A stretch of DNA of 55,951 nucleotides, from positions 1 through 55,951 of the IMG/VR virus record IMGVR_UViG_2690316248_000012, one strand, 5' to 3'. The notes beneath the pieces are model-generated. The model did no database searches. It saw nothing but the letters and a program-made list of their open reading frames with translations, and had not been told where the DNA came from. Shown one piece after another: positions 10,798-20,001 of this stretch. Source of the DNA: a virus (lineage: Duplodnaviria > Heunggongvirae > Uroviricota > Caudoviricetes). The translations under genes were made by a program, and so were the position numbers. How positions within the stretch are numbered: the first letter of the stretch is position 1; each line of letters opens with the position of its first letter.

Positions 10798-11194
10798 TGC
10801 ATTACCCGTAGGTGTGCCTGTTCCGTGGCCTTCAGTCACACCGCCAACAGGCTGGCTGAAATGCAACGGTGCAGCTTTTTCTGCCGAAGAGTATCCGGAA
10901 CTGGCAAAAGTTTATCCGACAAATAAATTGCCAGATTTACGCGGCGAATTCATTCGTGGGTGGGATGATGGAAGAGGAATTGATTCAGGACGGACTCTCC
11001 TGTCTGCTCAGGACGGGAGCATTGAGGCACACGGCCATGATTACAATGGGGTCATCTATACTTCTAGCGGTCCTTCCTGGGCTAATACGACGGATGCGGG
11101 ACACCGGGCATATTCGGGATTTACATCATCATATGGCGGAAGCGAAACCCGTCCACGAAATATTGCATTTAACTATATCGTAAGGGCTGCATAA
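10798..11194 (+). CDS. alternative tail-fibre C-terminal variable segment (no own start; expressed only after inversion)
   Basis: Frame reads GLGEGSALPVGVPVPWP...NIAFNYIVRAA, homologous to the C-terminus of the fibre at 54497-55951; begins at the crossover site. Confidence 0.6.
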
Positions 11195-11796
11195 TGGATA
11201 ACGCCGTATTAAATAGCGAGATTATTGCCACGAAGGCGGGGAATATTACCGTCTATAACTATGATGGTAAAACTCGGGAATATATTTCTACTTCAAATGA
11301 ATATCTTGCCATTGGTGTCGGTATCCCTGCATATTCCTGTTTAGATTCACCAGTTACATGTAAAGCTGGTTATGCAATCTGCCGTTCTGCAGATTTTAAC
11401 TCATGGGAATATGTGCCAGACCATCGCGGTGAAATCGTTTTTAGCACCGAAACAGGAGAATCAAAAGAAATCACAGCACCAGGTGATTACCCTGAAAATA
11501 CAACCACTATCGCCCCGTTAACGCCATACGATGAATGGGATGGTGAGAAATGGGTGACAGATACTGAGGCACAGCATAGCGCCACACTAGACGCGGCAGA
11601 AGCACAGCGTCAGTCACTGATTGATACTGCAATGGCTTCCATTAGTCTGATTCAACTGAAATTGCAGGCCGGGCGGAAGCTGACGCAGACAGAAAACACC
11701 CGACTTAACGCTGTGCTGGATTACATTGATGCGGTGACGGCAACAGATACCAGCACAGCGCCGGACGTCATCTGGCCTGAACTGCCGGAGGCGTAG
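11194..11796 (+). CDS. tail fibre assembly protein (alternative-orientation chaperone)
   Basis: 200 aa; C-terminal TATDTSTAPDVIWPELPE motif shared with the opposed chaperone; position after the variable fibre segment. Confidence 0.7.
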   Translation: MDNAVLNSEIIATKAGNITVYNYDGKTREYISTSNEYLAIGVGIPAYSCLDSPVTCKAGYAICRSADFNSWEYVPDHRGEIVFSTETGESKEITAPGDYPENTTTIAPLTPYDEWDGEKWVTDTEAQHSATLDAAEAQRQSLIDTAMASISLIQLKLQAGRKLTQTENTRLNAVLDYIDAVTATDTSTAPDVIWPELPEA

Positions 11797-12211
11797 GCCA
11801 TTCAATATCTGGAGCACTGGAGGTATCAACCAGTTCCAGTGCGTCCAGATAATCCAGCCACAAATTATATTGCGCCAGTTCCTCACCTTTCAGGCGACCA
11901 ATCGCTGCTTTACCAGGCCATTGCTTACTGTATATGTATTCGTTGACCTGATTAATCAATTGCTGCTTTTCCAGTTCGGCTGCGGCAATTTGTTCCTCAT
12001 GAGTTGGCGGTGGAATTTCCCCCCAGGTGGGAAGGCCATCATCACCCGCGATGCGTACTTTCCCTTGCAACGTTCTGTCTTCAATAAATTCCAGGTAAGT
12101 GTCATATGTCACTTCGACAATATCAGCAAGTTCCCATCCGGCCTGTTCATATTTCGCCACATCATTTTTAGCGAAAAAACTATTATTTGAGGCGCTATAA
12201 ACCATTTCCAT
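11768..12211 (-). CDS. G: tail fibre assembly protein (gpG-like)
   Basis: 147 aa directly downstream of H; C-terminal LVDTSSAPDIEWPTPP motif. Confidence 0.75.
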   Translation of the reverse strand: MEMVYSASNNSFFAKNDVAKYEQAGWELADIVEVTYDTYLEFIEDRTLQGKVRIAGDDGLPTWGEIPPPTHEEQIAAAELEKQQLINQVNEYIYSKQWPGKAAIGRLKGEELAQYNLWLDYLDALELVDTSSAPDIEWPTPPAVQAR

Positions 12212-12212
12212 A

Positions 12213-13619
12213 TTAATACCCTACTGCAATATAAAAAACTGATTCACCAGCGTCCTGAGCACCTGTCCCCGGAATTCCAGACCAGGCTTTGTTAATGAAT
12301 GCAAAACTGGTATTACTCAGATCAGATGCTCTGTACATCGGGCTGAACATCCAGTAGTTGGCTCCATATGTTTGTCCGAAAACAATGCCATAGCACTGAT
12401 TTGTAAATGGCGTAGAAAATAATTTTCCACCATTACCAGCGATAGCACCGAATCGCATCTGGAATCCATTAGGGAAATTAACGCCACCCGATGCGGAAGA
12501 CCAGAAAGACATATCCGGTATCTGATTATCTCCTGTGCCCACATCCCTTTTCGCCGCTTCTCCTAAACCAAGGTATGCGAGAAGACCAGCAACATCCTTT
12601 CCACTCAAATTAGTCAGCGTATTGTCCAGCGGTTGTTTACCTGCTAGCGCATTAAGCATTGTCGTGGCAAAGTTCGGGTCATTCCCCAGCGCCGCCGCCA
12701 GTTCGTTCAATGTATCCAGTGCCGCAGGTGCAGACCCCACCATTGCTGCAATCGCCGATTTCACAAAAGCCGTAGTGGCAATCTGTGTATTGTTAACCGA
12801 CTGTGCGGCAGTAGGGGCTGTTGGCGTTCCGGTGAGTGCCGGACTCGACAGCGGCGCTTTCAGTGCCAGCGCATTGTTAATGGTGGTACTGAATTTCGGA
12901 TCATTGTTAATGGCTGCGGCTATTTCTTTTAGCGTGTCCAGCGTGGCTGGCGCACCATTAATAAGGGCCGTCAGTGCCGCCTGAACAAACGCGGTGGTCG
13001 CAAGTTGCGTGGTATTATTCCCCGCCGCTGGCGTCGGCGCTTTGGGGGTTCCGGTAAATATCGGGCTGGCTTTTGGCGCATACTGTGAATGTGGGTCCGC
13101 TGCGGCAAGGTGTTTTGCCATTTGGTCATCCACATACACCTTCAGCTCCAGTGCCTTATCATCCACATACTTGCGAGTTGCCAGTACTACAGCAGGGTCG
13201 ATTTTCAGGGTGATATTGTCCGTACTGCTGGTAATCAGCACCATGCGCACGGTCTGGGTACGCCCGCTGCCTTCAGCCAGTTGCGGCTTATAGCTTTCCG
13301 GGCAGTTTCCCACGGCAATCAATACCCCGGACTCATCAAACAGGCCCACTTCACGTATCCACCAACCACCCTCATTTTCAGGGATCACCTGTTCAGCAAT
13401 AATCTGGCTGCTGTTCTGCGGGTCGATATAGAGCATATTCAGCGCAGCCCGGCGTTTCTCATTTACCAATGCTGTCTGCTTGGCGTCCGGCGTTGGCAAT
13501 GTTCCGCCGCCATCGCCGACCGCCATATGGGTAATTTTTAAAGGCACACCGAGCGCGGCGGCGCTGGCGAGTTTCGCCGCGCCAATATCCGTCAGCAGGG
13601 TATAAAATTTTGTGCTCAT
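12213..13619 (-). CDS. H: tail fibre protein (gpH-like), C-terminus encoded within the invertible segment
   Basis: 468 aa; repeated TQLATTAFV / TPKAPT motifs; crossover sequence falls near codon 348 (YLGLGE). Confidence 0.8.
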   Translation of the reverse strand: MSTKFYTLLTDIGAAKLASAAALGVPLKITHMAVGDGGGTLPTPDAKQTALVNEKRRAALNMLYIDPQNSSQIIAEQVIPENEGGWWIREVGLFDESGVLIAVGNCPESYKPQLAEGSGRTQTVRMVLITSSTDNITLKIDPAVVLATRKYVDDKALELKVYVDDQMAKHLAAADPHSQYAPKASPIFTGTPKAPTPAAGNNTTQLATTAFVQAALTALINGAPATLDTLKEIAAAINNDPKFSTTINNALALKAPLSSPALTGTPTAPTAAQSVNNTQIATTAFVKSAIAAMVGSAPAALDTLNELAAALGNDPNFATTMLNALAGKQPLDNTLTNLSGKDVAGLLAYLGLGEAAKRDVGTGDNQIPDMSFWSSASGGVNFPNGFQMRFGAIAGNGGKLFSTPFTNQCYGIVFGQTYGANYWMFSPMYRASDLSNTSFAFINKAWSGIPGTGAQDAGESVFYIAVGY

Positions 13620-14221
13620 GGATTCACTCTCATTGTGTCAATAACATGGACCGCTCCGCCTTCATGCGCGGTGCCGCCGGAAATAATTGTTTCGTTGATA
13701 TACGGATAGATCGTGATTTCTTCGCCAAGATAGCTGGCAGCTCCCACCCAATGCGGGCCGCTGGTCTGCAGGTTGATGGACATGCCGATCATGTGACGGC
13801 TACATGGTTTGGCATCGCTTATCAGTCGCTCAAGTTCCAGATAGGTATCTTCAGTGATGCCCTGGTCCTGCACGCCGATATCCAGACGAAACGTGCCCGG
13901 AGTCTCTCCGGTCTGCCACCACTCAATAATGCGGATCAGAAAGCCGAACGGCTCCACCACCCGCCGCACGGCACTGGTGGTCCCTTTATGCTGATGAATA
14001 TAAAAAGCATCCTTCACCACCTGGCGCTTGACGCTTTCTGTCCAGCCCTCGTCCCAGCGATCCACAGAGAACGCCCAGGCGAGATAAGGCAGGAAACTGA
14101 CCGGACAGGTTGCCGGATTCCACAAGTCACGCAGCGGCACCTGCAGATCAGAAATCCCGCTACAGGTCTGCGCCAGTCGGCGCTCCAGTGAAGTTGAACC
14201 CAGTGGCAGCAGACTATTCAT
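13616..14221 (-). CDS. I: baseplate protein gpI-like
   Basis: 201 aa; position between J and H. Confidence 0.75.
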   Translation of the reverse strand: MNSLLPLGSTSLERRLAQTCSGISDLQVPLRDLWNPATCPVSFLPYLAWAFSVDRWDEGWTESVKRQVVKDAFYIHQHKGTTSAVRRVVEPFGFLIRIIEWWQTGETPGTFRLDIGVQDQGITEDTYLELERLISDAKPCSRHMIGMSINLQTSGPHWVGAASYLGEEITIYPYINETIISGGTAHEGGAVHVIDTMRVNP

Positions 14222-15122
14222 CCGTTCCTCCGTTGGTTACGCTCCACTGCGTACATGATGCGGCCTGTGTTTTGTTCAGGACCACATCAGCCAGCGGTGA
14301 AGCCAGCTCCACACGTTGAACCCCCTCAACATGCAGCGCGGCAAAAATGGCACTACGGCGAATATCCCGACCAAGCCGCGTCTGACTGGCGATGTACTTC
14401 TGCAGGCTGGCTTTTGCCGCTGCCATTACCGGCTCCGCTTCCGGTCCCGGATAGAGAAAAATGGTGGCTTCCACACGGTACGGGATGATTTCTGCGCTGC
14501 GAACCGTCAGACGGTCAGCCACCGGGCGGACGTTCTCACTGTTCAGGGCTTTCTCCACCACATCCAGCAAGTCTTTTTCTGCTGTTCCGTCGCCTTCACG
14601 GCTCAGGACAGTAAGCACCACCTCTGCAGGAGCCGGACTGGTTGCACTGGCATCCGCCACCCGACCGTCGGCGCTTCGGGCATGAAATTCATAAGCTGCA
14701 GTTGGTCCCGCAACTGAAAGCCCCTCAAAGGCTGCAGGCACACGCAGGCGTAACGCTTCATCGCTTTCCATCACTGCTGCAACGGGCGGCACAGCGTCAT
14801 TATCAGCAGGTGTCACCGTCAGGCGTTTCACGTTGTAGTTGGCAGCGAGCTGGTCAAGATCGCCGCCCATCGCGTAAGCCACCATCACCGCCTGCGCGGC
14901 TTCGTTAATGCGTTGGCGCAGAAGCAACTCACGGTAAGTATTCTCCTGCAACAATTTGGTGACGGGTTCAGATTCCAGTTCCAGCGTGCGGATCACTGCT
15001 TCCTGCTCATCTTTCGGATGAAGCGCCACAAATTCTGCCTTGCGTTCGGTAAGCAGCGTCTCAAAGTCCGGCACATCCACAATCTGCGGCGCAGGCAACT
15101 GCGAAAGGTCAATCACTGCCAT
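14214..15122 (-). CDS. J: baseplate protein gpJ-like
   Basis: ORF track gives 315 aa; start trimmed to the MAVIDLSQLP methionine (about 302 aa, P2 gpJ size). Confidence 0.75.
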   Translation of the reverse strand: MAVIDLSQLPAPQIVDVPDFETLLTERKAEFVALHPKDEQEAVIRTLELESEPVTKLLQENTYRELLLRQRINEAAQAVMVAYAMGGDLDQLAANYNVKRLTVTPADNDAVPPVAAVMESDEALRLRVPAAFEGLSVAGPTAAYEFHARSADGRVADASATSPAPAEVVLTVLSREGDGTAEKDLLDVVEKALNSENVRPVADRLTVRSAEIIPYRVEATIFLYPGPEAEPVMAAAKASLQKYIASQTRLGRDIRRSAIFAALHVEGVQRVELASPLADVVLNKTQAASCTQWSVTNGGTDE

Positions 15123-15468
15123 TCTCTGCTCCTGTCGATACGGAAAGGGACACAGGTACACCGTTATTCCGCCGCCCGGTCAGCTCCACCACCATAGAAC
15201 CGTCAAAGTTGCTGTTGATGGTGATGGAATCCAGCGTCAGCCGTGGCTCCCAGCGACTCAGCGCCACATACACTGCCGACATGACCTGCAGGCGTAACGC
15301 CGGATTTTGTGGCTGGTCTATCAGTGCCGACAGCAGGGAACCATATTCCCGGCGGGCAATGCGGCTACCCTGCGGTGTCAGCAGAATGTCCCGCACCGAC
15401 TGGCGCAGATGGTCAATATCAGTAATAGCTTTGCCGCTGGTATTGTTCATCCCGCTATAAAGCGTCAT
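15109..15468 (-). CDS. W: baseplate wedge protein gpW-like (GPW/gp25 family)
   Basis: 119 aa; position between V and J. Confidence 0.75.
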   Translation of the reverse strand: MTLYSGMNNTSGKAITDIDHLRQSVRDILLTPQGSRIARREYGSLLSALIDQPQNPALRLQVMSAVYVALSRWEPRLTLDSITINSNFDGSMVVELTGRRNNGVPVSLSVSTGAENGSD

Positions 15469-16043
15469 ACCGGGCCTCCGGTTGTGTCGCCGCCTTTCAG
15501 GACGCCAGTATGCTGATGTGCATCAACCACAATTCCGTTAGAACTCATTGCACCGCCGCCCTGGGTAACACCACCATTGATCACTACTTCGCTGTTAATA
15601 CGCGTGCGGTCAGCCTCCAGCACAAACTCTCTGGTTTTCAGGGTGATGTTGTCAGCAGCCTCAATGACCATGGATTTGATGCCCCTGACATACCAGCGCC
15701 CGGTGGCTGGTTCGTATTCAAACCAGCCACCGTCAGGATGTTCTGTCACGCAGGCTTCCGCCGACGTCGACGGTGGTGCGAACTGATTCGAATAGACAGC
15801 GGGCAGCGCAAAGGCGGTTTCCAGATTTCCTCCCAGACTCAGCAGCACCACCTGCTCACCTTCCGATGGTCGCCACCATGTGCGGGCATTACCCGCGCGC
15901 AGCGTCAGCCAGTTAATCCAGTTGGTTTCAAGGTCGCCCGTTTTCACCCGACAAAGCCAGTTTTCCTTGTCCACTTCAGTGACTACCCCTGTGCGGATCA
16001 GGTTGGTGATAAGGCGCATGATTTCTGTGAGTTGTGTATTCAT
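15465..16043 (-). CDS. V: baseplate spike/assembly protein gpV-like
   Basis: Start trimmed to MNTQLTEIMRL; alignable by eye to P2 gpV; paralogous to 51831-52427. Confidence 0.8.
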   Translation of the reverse strand: MNTQLTEIMRLITNLIRTGVVTEVDKENWLCRVKTGDLETNWINWLTLRAGNARTWWRPSEGEQVVLLSLGGNLETAFALPAVYSNQFAPPSTSAEACVTEHPDGGWFEYEPATGRWYVRGIKSMVIEAADNITLKTREFVLEADRTRINSEVVINGGVTQGGGAMSSNGIVVDAHQHTGVLKGGDTTGGPV

Positions 16044-16090
16044 AAGATTATTTTTCCATGCTTTACACAACCTCTTCAAACAGCTTATTT

Positions 16091-16108
16091 TGTATAAAAG
16101 AAGATACA
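16091..16108. promoter_or_regulatory. TGT-N12-ACA element upstream of V (candidate Ogr-dependent late promoter box)
   Basis: tgt ataaaagaagat aca read directly; about 50-65 bp upstream of the V start codon; spacing to ATG is shorter than expected. Confidence 0.3.
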
Positions 16109-16136
16109 ATTTTCTTTGAAAAGAAATAAACCCTCT

Positions 16137-16185
16137 GGTTAGAGGTTAGAGGTTAGAGGTTAGAGGTTAGAGGTTAGAGGTTAGT
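16137..16185. repeat. tandem heptanucleotide repeat (GGTTAGA) x6 plus one imperfect unit
   Basis: ggttaga repeated head-to-tail from 16137; lies between the Old-like gene stop and the V promoter region. Confidence 0.9.
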
Positions 16186-16218
16186 AGAATATCGCAGGGT
16201 TTCCCCTGCGACCATTTA

Positions 16219-18177
16219 TCAATTAAACTTTACAGGTTTATCACTTATAAAAAAATTTTCAATTTTGGCAATCCACTCTGGCCTTTTCCGCTCATTTCGC
16301 TCACAGATTGAAATATATTCCTTTGAAAAATCAAACTTAATTCCTTCACGGTCAAAAAAAGCATCAAGCGTTTTTTTGTTCTTGGGTGACAAATCCATCG
16401 CAGCAAACGATGAATGTCTTTCATCTATCATAACATTACTATTAGGCAGCAATGCCTGAAGCTCAGGAAAACGTGAAGAAAATGATGTTAAAGCCTCTAT
16501 AAACGATACAGGATTAAGACAATCCTCTATTTCTGTTGCAGGAGAAACTGGATTGGAAGAAATATCAACCAACTTCACTGAATCACCTACACTAACAATT
16601 CGCTTACAAACAACATGCGGCATAACTGGGGTATCATATGACACCAACTCTGAATCTGTATCGGTTAGTAAGAACACTTTTCCTTTGAGGTCTTTTTTGA
16701 ACTCTTCATAAGAAGCTTCTAAATGCTTAAATATTTTTTTAACTTCACTAGCTCCCCCTACAGGCACAATCCTTAGCCTTTTATTTTCTACCAAGTCCTT
16801 TAGATAATGCGAAAGATATATTTTTTCTGTAGTACCCTCACAAATCAACCAATTGTAAGGTTTCTCAGCCAAACAGCTAGATATTATGGATTGTATAAGG
16901 TCATTTACACTTTTTATTTTTATATCAAATGGCATACCCGGGGAAGAGGTTTTTACTTTCTTCCTGACTTCTTCTCTATAACTGGCAAGATCATATAATT
17001 CAAAATGATGAGTTGAATCTGTTTTAAGGATAGTTGTGGTACATCCATTTTCGACGGTTGGAAGATAGCCATACCAATGTGAAGTAAATATTAATTGTTC
17101 ACATATACCACTAATAGAATAGAGCTTTTCAAATTGTTCAAAACATGCAGACATATGAAGAGAACATTCTGGCTCATCAATTCCAATAATCAGATTATCG
17201 CCATTTTCTCTATGATTGGTAAGAAACCCATATGCAATATCCATTATTGCACGTTGCTTCTCCCCTGAACTTAGCGAGCTAATTTCAATCCAACCTGAAT
17301 TCTGCTTTTTATTTAATTTCCTAACTTTGAAGAATGCTTCGATAATCAAATTATAAACATCTTTCTTTTTTAATCGCGATTGTCTCTCGCCAGATGTTCT
17401 ATAACCATATTCTTCAAGCTCCTCTTCAACACCATCCAGAAATTTGGCAAGCCCTGTATTGATTTGACTTATGGTTCTATCAGATATTCTATCTTTAATT
17501 ATCTGCTCTAAAGACTCACCCATCAACTTTTGTACTTCACTTGTTTCTAGCTTCGTAAACGATTCAGAGTCTATATCCTTTGGAATATATATATATTCAT
17601 ACTTATGGCGGACATGATGTAATAAATACCCAAAGTGCTTACTAAGCAACTCGCTCGAAACTTTATTATCGGGATTATCAACCTCCAAAAGTCGACATAA
17701 ACTCTTCCCATTAAGAATCGAAATACTTACATCACCATCTTTCTCGACACCCAGAGGGATCAAAAAATAATCTTGGAGATTTAAATTTCTTTTTAATTTG
17801 TTAATATGTTCAAAAAACGTATTAATTATATTTCGTGTTGTTGGCGTCAATGTAACATCAGCATTACTATTGCTATATTCTAATACTAATTGCGTTAAGA
17901 TTTCAGCTTTAGCATGATGATCTTCATGTAATTCCTCTCGCTTTATAAGATATAAAGGAACAATATGTGGAGAAGGTCTGTCACTGGAGGTTCTTTTAAA
18001 TGAAGAATTAATATTCCATGGTTTGTTATTAATAAACGAATCTAAAGCCTCAAGAACAGAACTTTTGCCAATTCCATTGTTACCAACAATTCCACAAAAC
18101 TGACTTCCAGAAGATAACGGTATGTAATGATTTCCGTTGTATGTTTTAAAATACCTTAAAAAAATCCCTACTATCAT
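16219..18177 (-). CDS. old: OLD-family overcoming-lysogenization-defect nuclease (ABC-type ATPase + TOPRIM), P2 Old-like
   Basis: 652 aa; Walker A GNNGIGKSS, signature LSSGEKQ, Walker B IGIDEPECSLH, H-loop FTSHW, TOPRIM Glu in LICEGTTE and DxD in LLTDTDSE; same motif order as P2 Old; AT-rich gene. Confidence 0.8.
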   Translation of the reverse strand: MIVGIFLRYFKTYNGNHYIPLSSGSQFCGIVGNNGIGKSSVLEALDSFINNKPWNINSSFKRTSSDRPSPHIVPLYLIKREELHEDHHAKAEILTQLVLEYSNSNADVTLTPTTRNIINTFFEHINKLKRNLNLQDYFLIPLGVEKDGDVSISILNGKSLCRLLEVDNPDNKVSSELLSKHFGYLLHHVRHKYEYIYIPKDIDSESFTKLETSEVQKLMGESLEQIIKDRISDRTISQINTGLAKFLDGVEEELEEYGYRTSGERQSRLKKKDVYNLIIEAFFKVRKLNKKQNSGWIEISSLSSGEKQRAIMDIAYGFLTNHRENGDNLIIGIDEPECSLHMSACFEQFEKLYSISGICEQLIFTSHWYGYLPTVENGCTTTILKTDSTHHFELYDLASYREEVRKKVKTSSPGMPFDIKIKSVNDLIQSIISSCLAEKPYNWLICEGTTEKIYLSHYLKDLVENKRLRIVPVGGASEVKKIFKHLEASYEEFKKDLKGKVFLLTDTDSELVSYDTPVMPHVVCKRIVSVGDSVKLVDISSNPVSPATEIEDCLNPVSFIEALTSFSSRFPELQALLPNSNVMIDERHSSFAAMDLSPKNKKTLDAFFDREGIKFDFSKEYISICERNERKRPEWIAKIENFFISDKPVKFN

Positions 18178-18322
18178 AAAATTAGCTCCATTAGTGAGGT
18201 GAAGACATTAAAGTACAACAAGATTAATCTCAAAAAAAGAGCTTTATAGTATATTCAAGCAAGGTATCTTATGTAGAACGATAAAGTCTCCCTCCACTAA
18301 TTCTCTTAACCCACTATTTACT

Positions 18323-18760
18323 TTAGCGTTTTAAGTAAACACCCAAGTTCAAGTTACTAATATCCTTAGTAAATCCTAAAAGCCTTCTCTCAGGGTACTG
18401 TACTTTTAAACCTCTTCGACTAACACGGTCACGCAGTCCATAGTGGTGTACACAGGCGATGCGCTGGACTTTTCCATCAAAATACACGCAGGCATAATCC
18501 GCTGTGGCGGCAGTTTTCAGGTATTTATTAGTGCGCAATTTGGCGAACATCTGGCGTTTGATGCGCCCCTTCTTACTGCGGGCTGCTACCCGGCGCGGCT
18601 CAAAGCCGCTGCCATCAGGGTTAAGCTGCAGCCTGATATTCTTCTGCTGATTGCGGCGCAACTCCTGCGCCAGTTCCCGCATCATACGCTGGCGTGTGGC
18701 AGGCTCCAGATTCGCCAGCAAGGCCGCCAGCCACTCATCCACCTTCTGCAGTTCAGCCAC
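18323..18760 (-). CDS. S: tail completion protein gpS-like
   Basis: 145 aa; position after R and before V as in P2. Confidence 0.65.
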   Translation of the reverse strand: MAELQKVDEWLAALLANLEPATRQRMMRELAQELRRNQQKNIRLQLNPDGSGFEPRRVAARSKKGRIKRQMFAKLRTNKYLKTAATADYACVYFDGKVQRIACVHHYGLRDRVSRRGLKVQYPERRLLGFTKDISNLNLGVYLKR

Positions 18761-19184
18761 GTTTCACCGTCCACATTTCTTCAGGTTCATCAGGTTCCGC
18801 TATAGCTTCAACGCTCGACACACTGCCGTCAGTGCTGACCAGCACACGCTCCGTCAGTTGCAGGTTAAGGCTGATATCACAGACATCGTTGCGCAGAATA
18901 TCCACCTCAAAGGTGAATAACTTTTCCCGTAACGCCGGATTATTGATGGCATCGGGCTGGTTATCCCGCAGCCACAGCAAAACCGGGGCCATCAGCAGAT
19001 TCTGGTCGCCGCTGAAATCCTCAATCACCACGTTCAGGGTGTAGCGGTACTCCCATGACATGGAGCTGGCCCCCGTGGCAACCAGCGAACCGTTATCCAC
19101 AAACAGATGCAGTTTGTCCGGGTTATTGCGGACATAAGGCACCGCCTTATTGAGGGCGTGGCGCAGGGATTGTGGTTTGTTCAC
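18753..19184 (-). CDS. R: tail completion protein gpR-like
   Basis: KPQSLRHALNKAV aligns with the P2 gpR N-terminus; start set to the GTG before it (ORF track start 19205). Confidence 0.65.
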   Translation of the reverse strand: MNKPQSLRHALNKAVPYVRNNPDKLHLFVDNGSLVATGASSMSWEYRYTLNVVIEDFSGDQNLLMAPVLLWLRDNQPDAINNPALREKLFTFEVDILRNDVCDISLNLQLTERVLVSTDGSVSSVEAIAEPDEPEEMWTVKRG

Positions 19185-19437
19185 TGTTTCGCTCCTGACA
19201 CGCAATAATCATGTCCACTTTGTCTGCACAGACCGCCCAGGCGGCCTCCGTTTCATCCAACAACGCGTTCAGATCACCGTTAATGCGCGGCGCTGCCTGA
19301 TCCAGCCGACACGGCGTCACTCGCGGACAACCACTGACGGTAAGCTGCACCTCCGGTGAGCGTGGGGCGTTCCCGCAGCCGGATAATGTCAGCAGGCAAA
19401 GGAGTATCAGCCCAGCGGCGTAAATCCTCGTTCTCAC
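19147..19437 (-). CDS. lysC: o-spanin (LysC/Rz1-like outer-membrane lipoprotein)
   Basis: 96 aa; signal peptide with lipobox LTLSGC; overlaps the lysB 3' end in another frame. Confidence 0.75.
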   Translation of the reverse strand: MRTRIYAAGLILLCLLTLSGCGNAPRSPEVQLTVSGCPRVTPCRLDQAAPRINGDLNALLDETEAAWAVCADKVDMIIACQERNSEQTTIPAPRPQ

Positions 19438-19708
19438 GTTTCAGTTCCTCAATCCGGTGTTGTCGTTGTCTCAGCAGTGCGCTGGTCTGTTCTGCGTCGG
19501 CATAGAGCCGCGCCTGCTCCCGGTTGTTGGTTTCAGCCAGAATGGACAGGCTGATAAGCTGGCTGTTGCTCTTTGCCAGTGCCTGGCTTTTGCTCTGCAG
19601 CTCGTCTGCCTGCGTGCTAATGGTCTGGCTGGCATCAGCCAGCCGCCACGTCTGCCAGCCCAGCGCCGCCAGTAATAACGCCAGCACAACCAGCAGCAAC
19701 CGGTTCAT
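19280..19708 (-). CDS. lysB: i-spanin (LysB/Rz-like)
   Basis: 142 aa; N-terminal transmembrane anchor then coiled coil; o-spanin gene overlaps in another frame. Confidence 0.75.
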   Translation of the reverse strand: MNRLLLVVLALLLAALGWQTWRLADASQTISTQADELQSKSQALAKSNSQLISLSILAETNNREQARLYADAEQTSALLRQRQHRIEELKRENEDLRRWADTPLPADIIRLRERPTLTGGAAYRQWLSASDAVSAGSGSAAH

Positions 19709-20001
19709 GCTGCTACCTGTTGCGCCATCTGATTACGGGTGATCCAGAAGGCAATAACGGTCAGTAGATAAAACACCAGGGTAATAGCCCACCCCGTCCA
19801 GGCGAGACTTACAACAATCAGCAATCGCATCACCCAACTGGTAAATACGTTTTCTTTTCGGGTAATTGTCTTCAGCAAAGATGCCCTTAACTCCTGCCAG
19901 AGCGGTCCATTCTTAATTAACGCAGCCAGTGCTACCGGAATTACCGCCCATGTCAGCAAACAGGCTACCCAAACGCCGGACGCTGCCAGTTGATCAGACA
20001 T
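19705..20001 (-). CDS. LysA-like/holin-like small membrane protein
   Basis: 98 aa with two to three hydrophobic helices; immediately upstream of the spanins; shorter than P2 LysA. Confidence 0.5.
   Translation of the reverse strand: MSDQLAASGVWVACLLTWAVIPVALAALIKNGPLWQELRASLLKTITRKENVFTSWVMRLLIVVSLAWTGWAITLVFYLLTVIAFWITRNQMAQQVAA

Larger units (their letters stand above)
10779..12572. mobile_element. invertible tail-fibre segment (G/P-segment-like) bounded by inverted crossover sites
   Basis: ttggtttaggagaag at 10779-10793 and its reverse complement at 12558-12572; contains two opposed fibre C-terminus/chaperone sets. Confidence 0.75.

Noticed and set aside
16137-16185. Possible CRISPR array or telomere-like element
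   Set aside because: Units are only 7 bp with no spacers and no cas genes; it is a simple tandem microsatellite.
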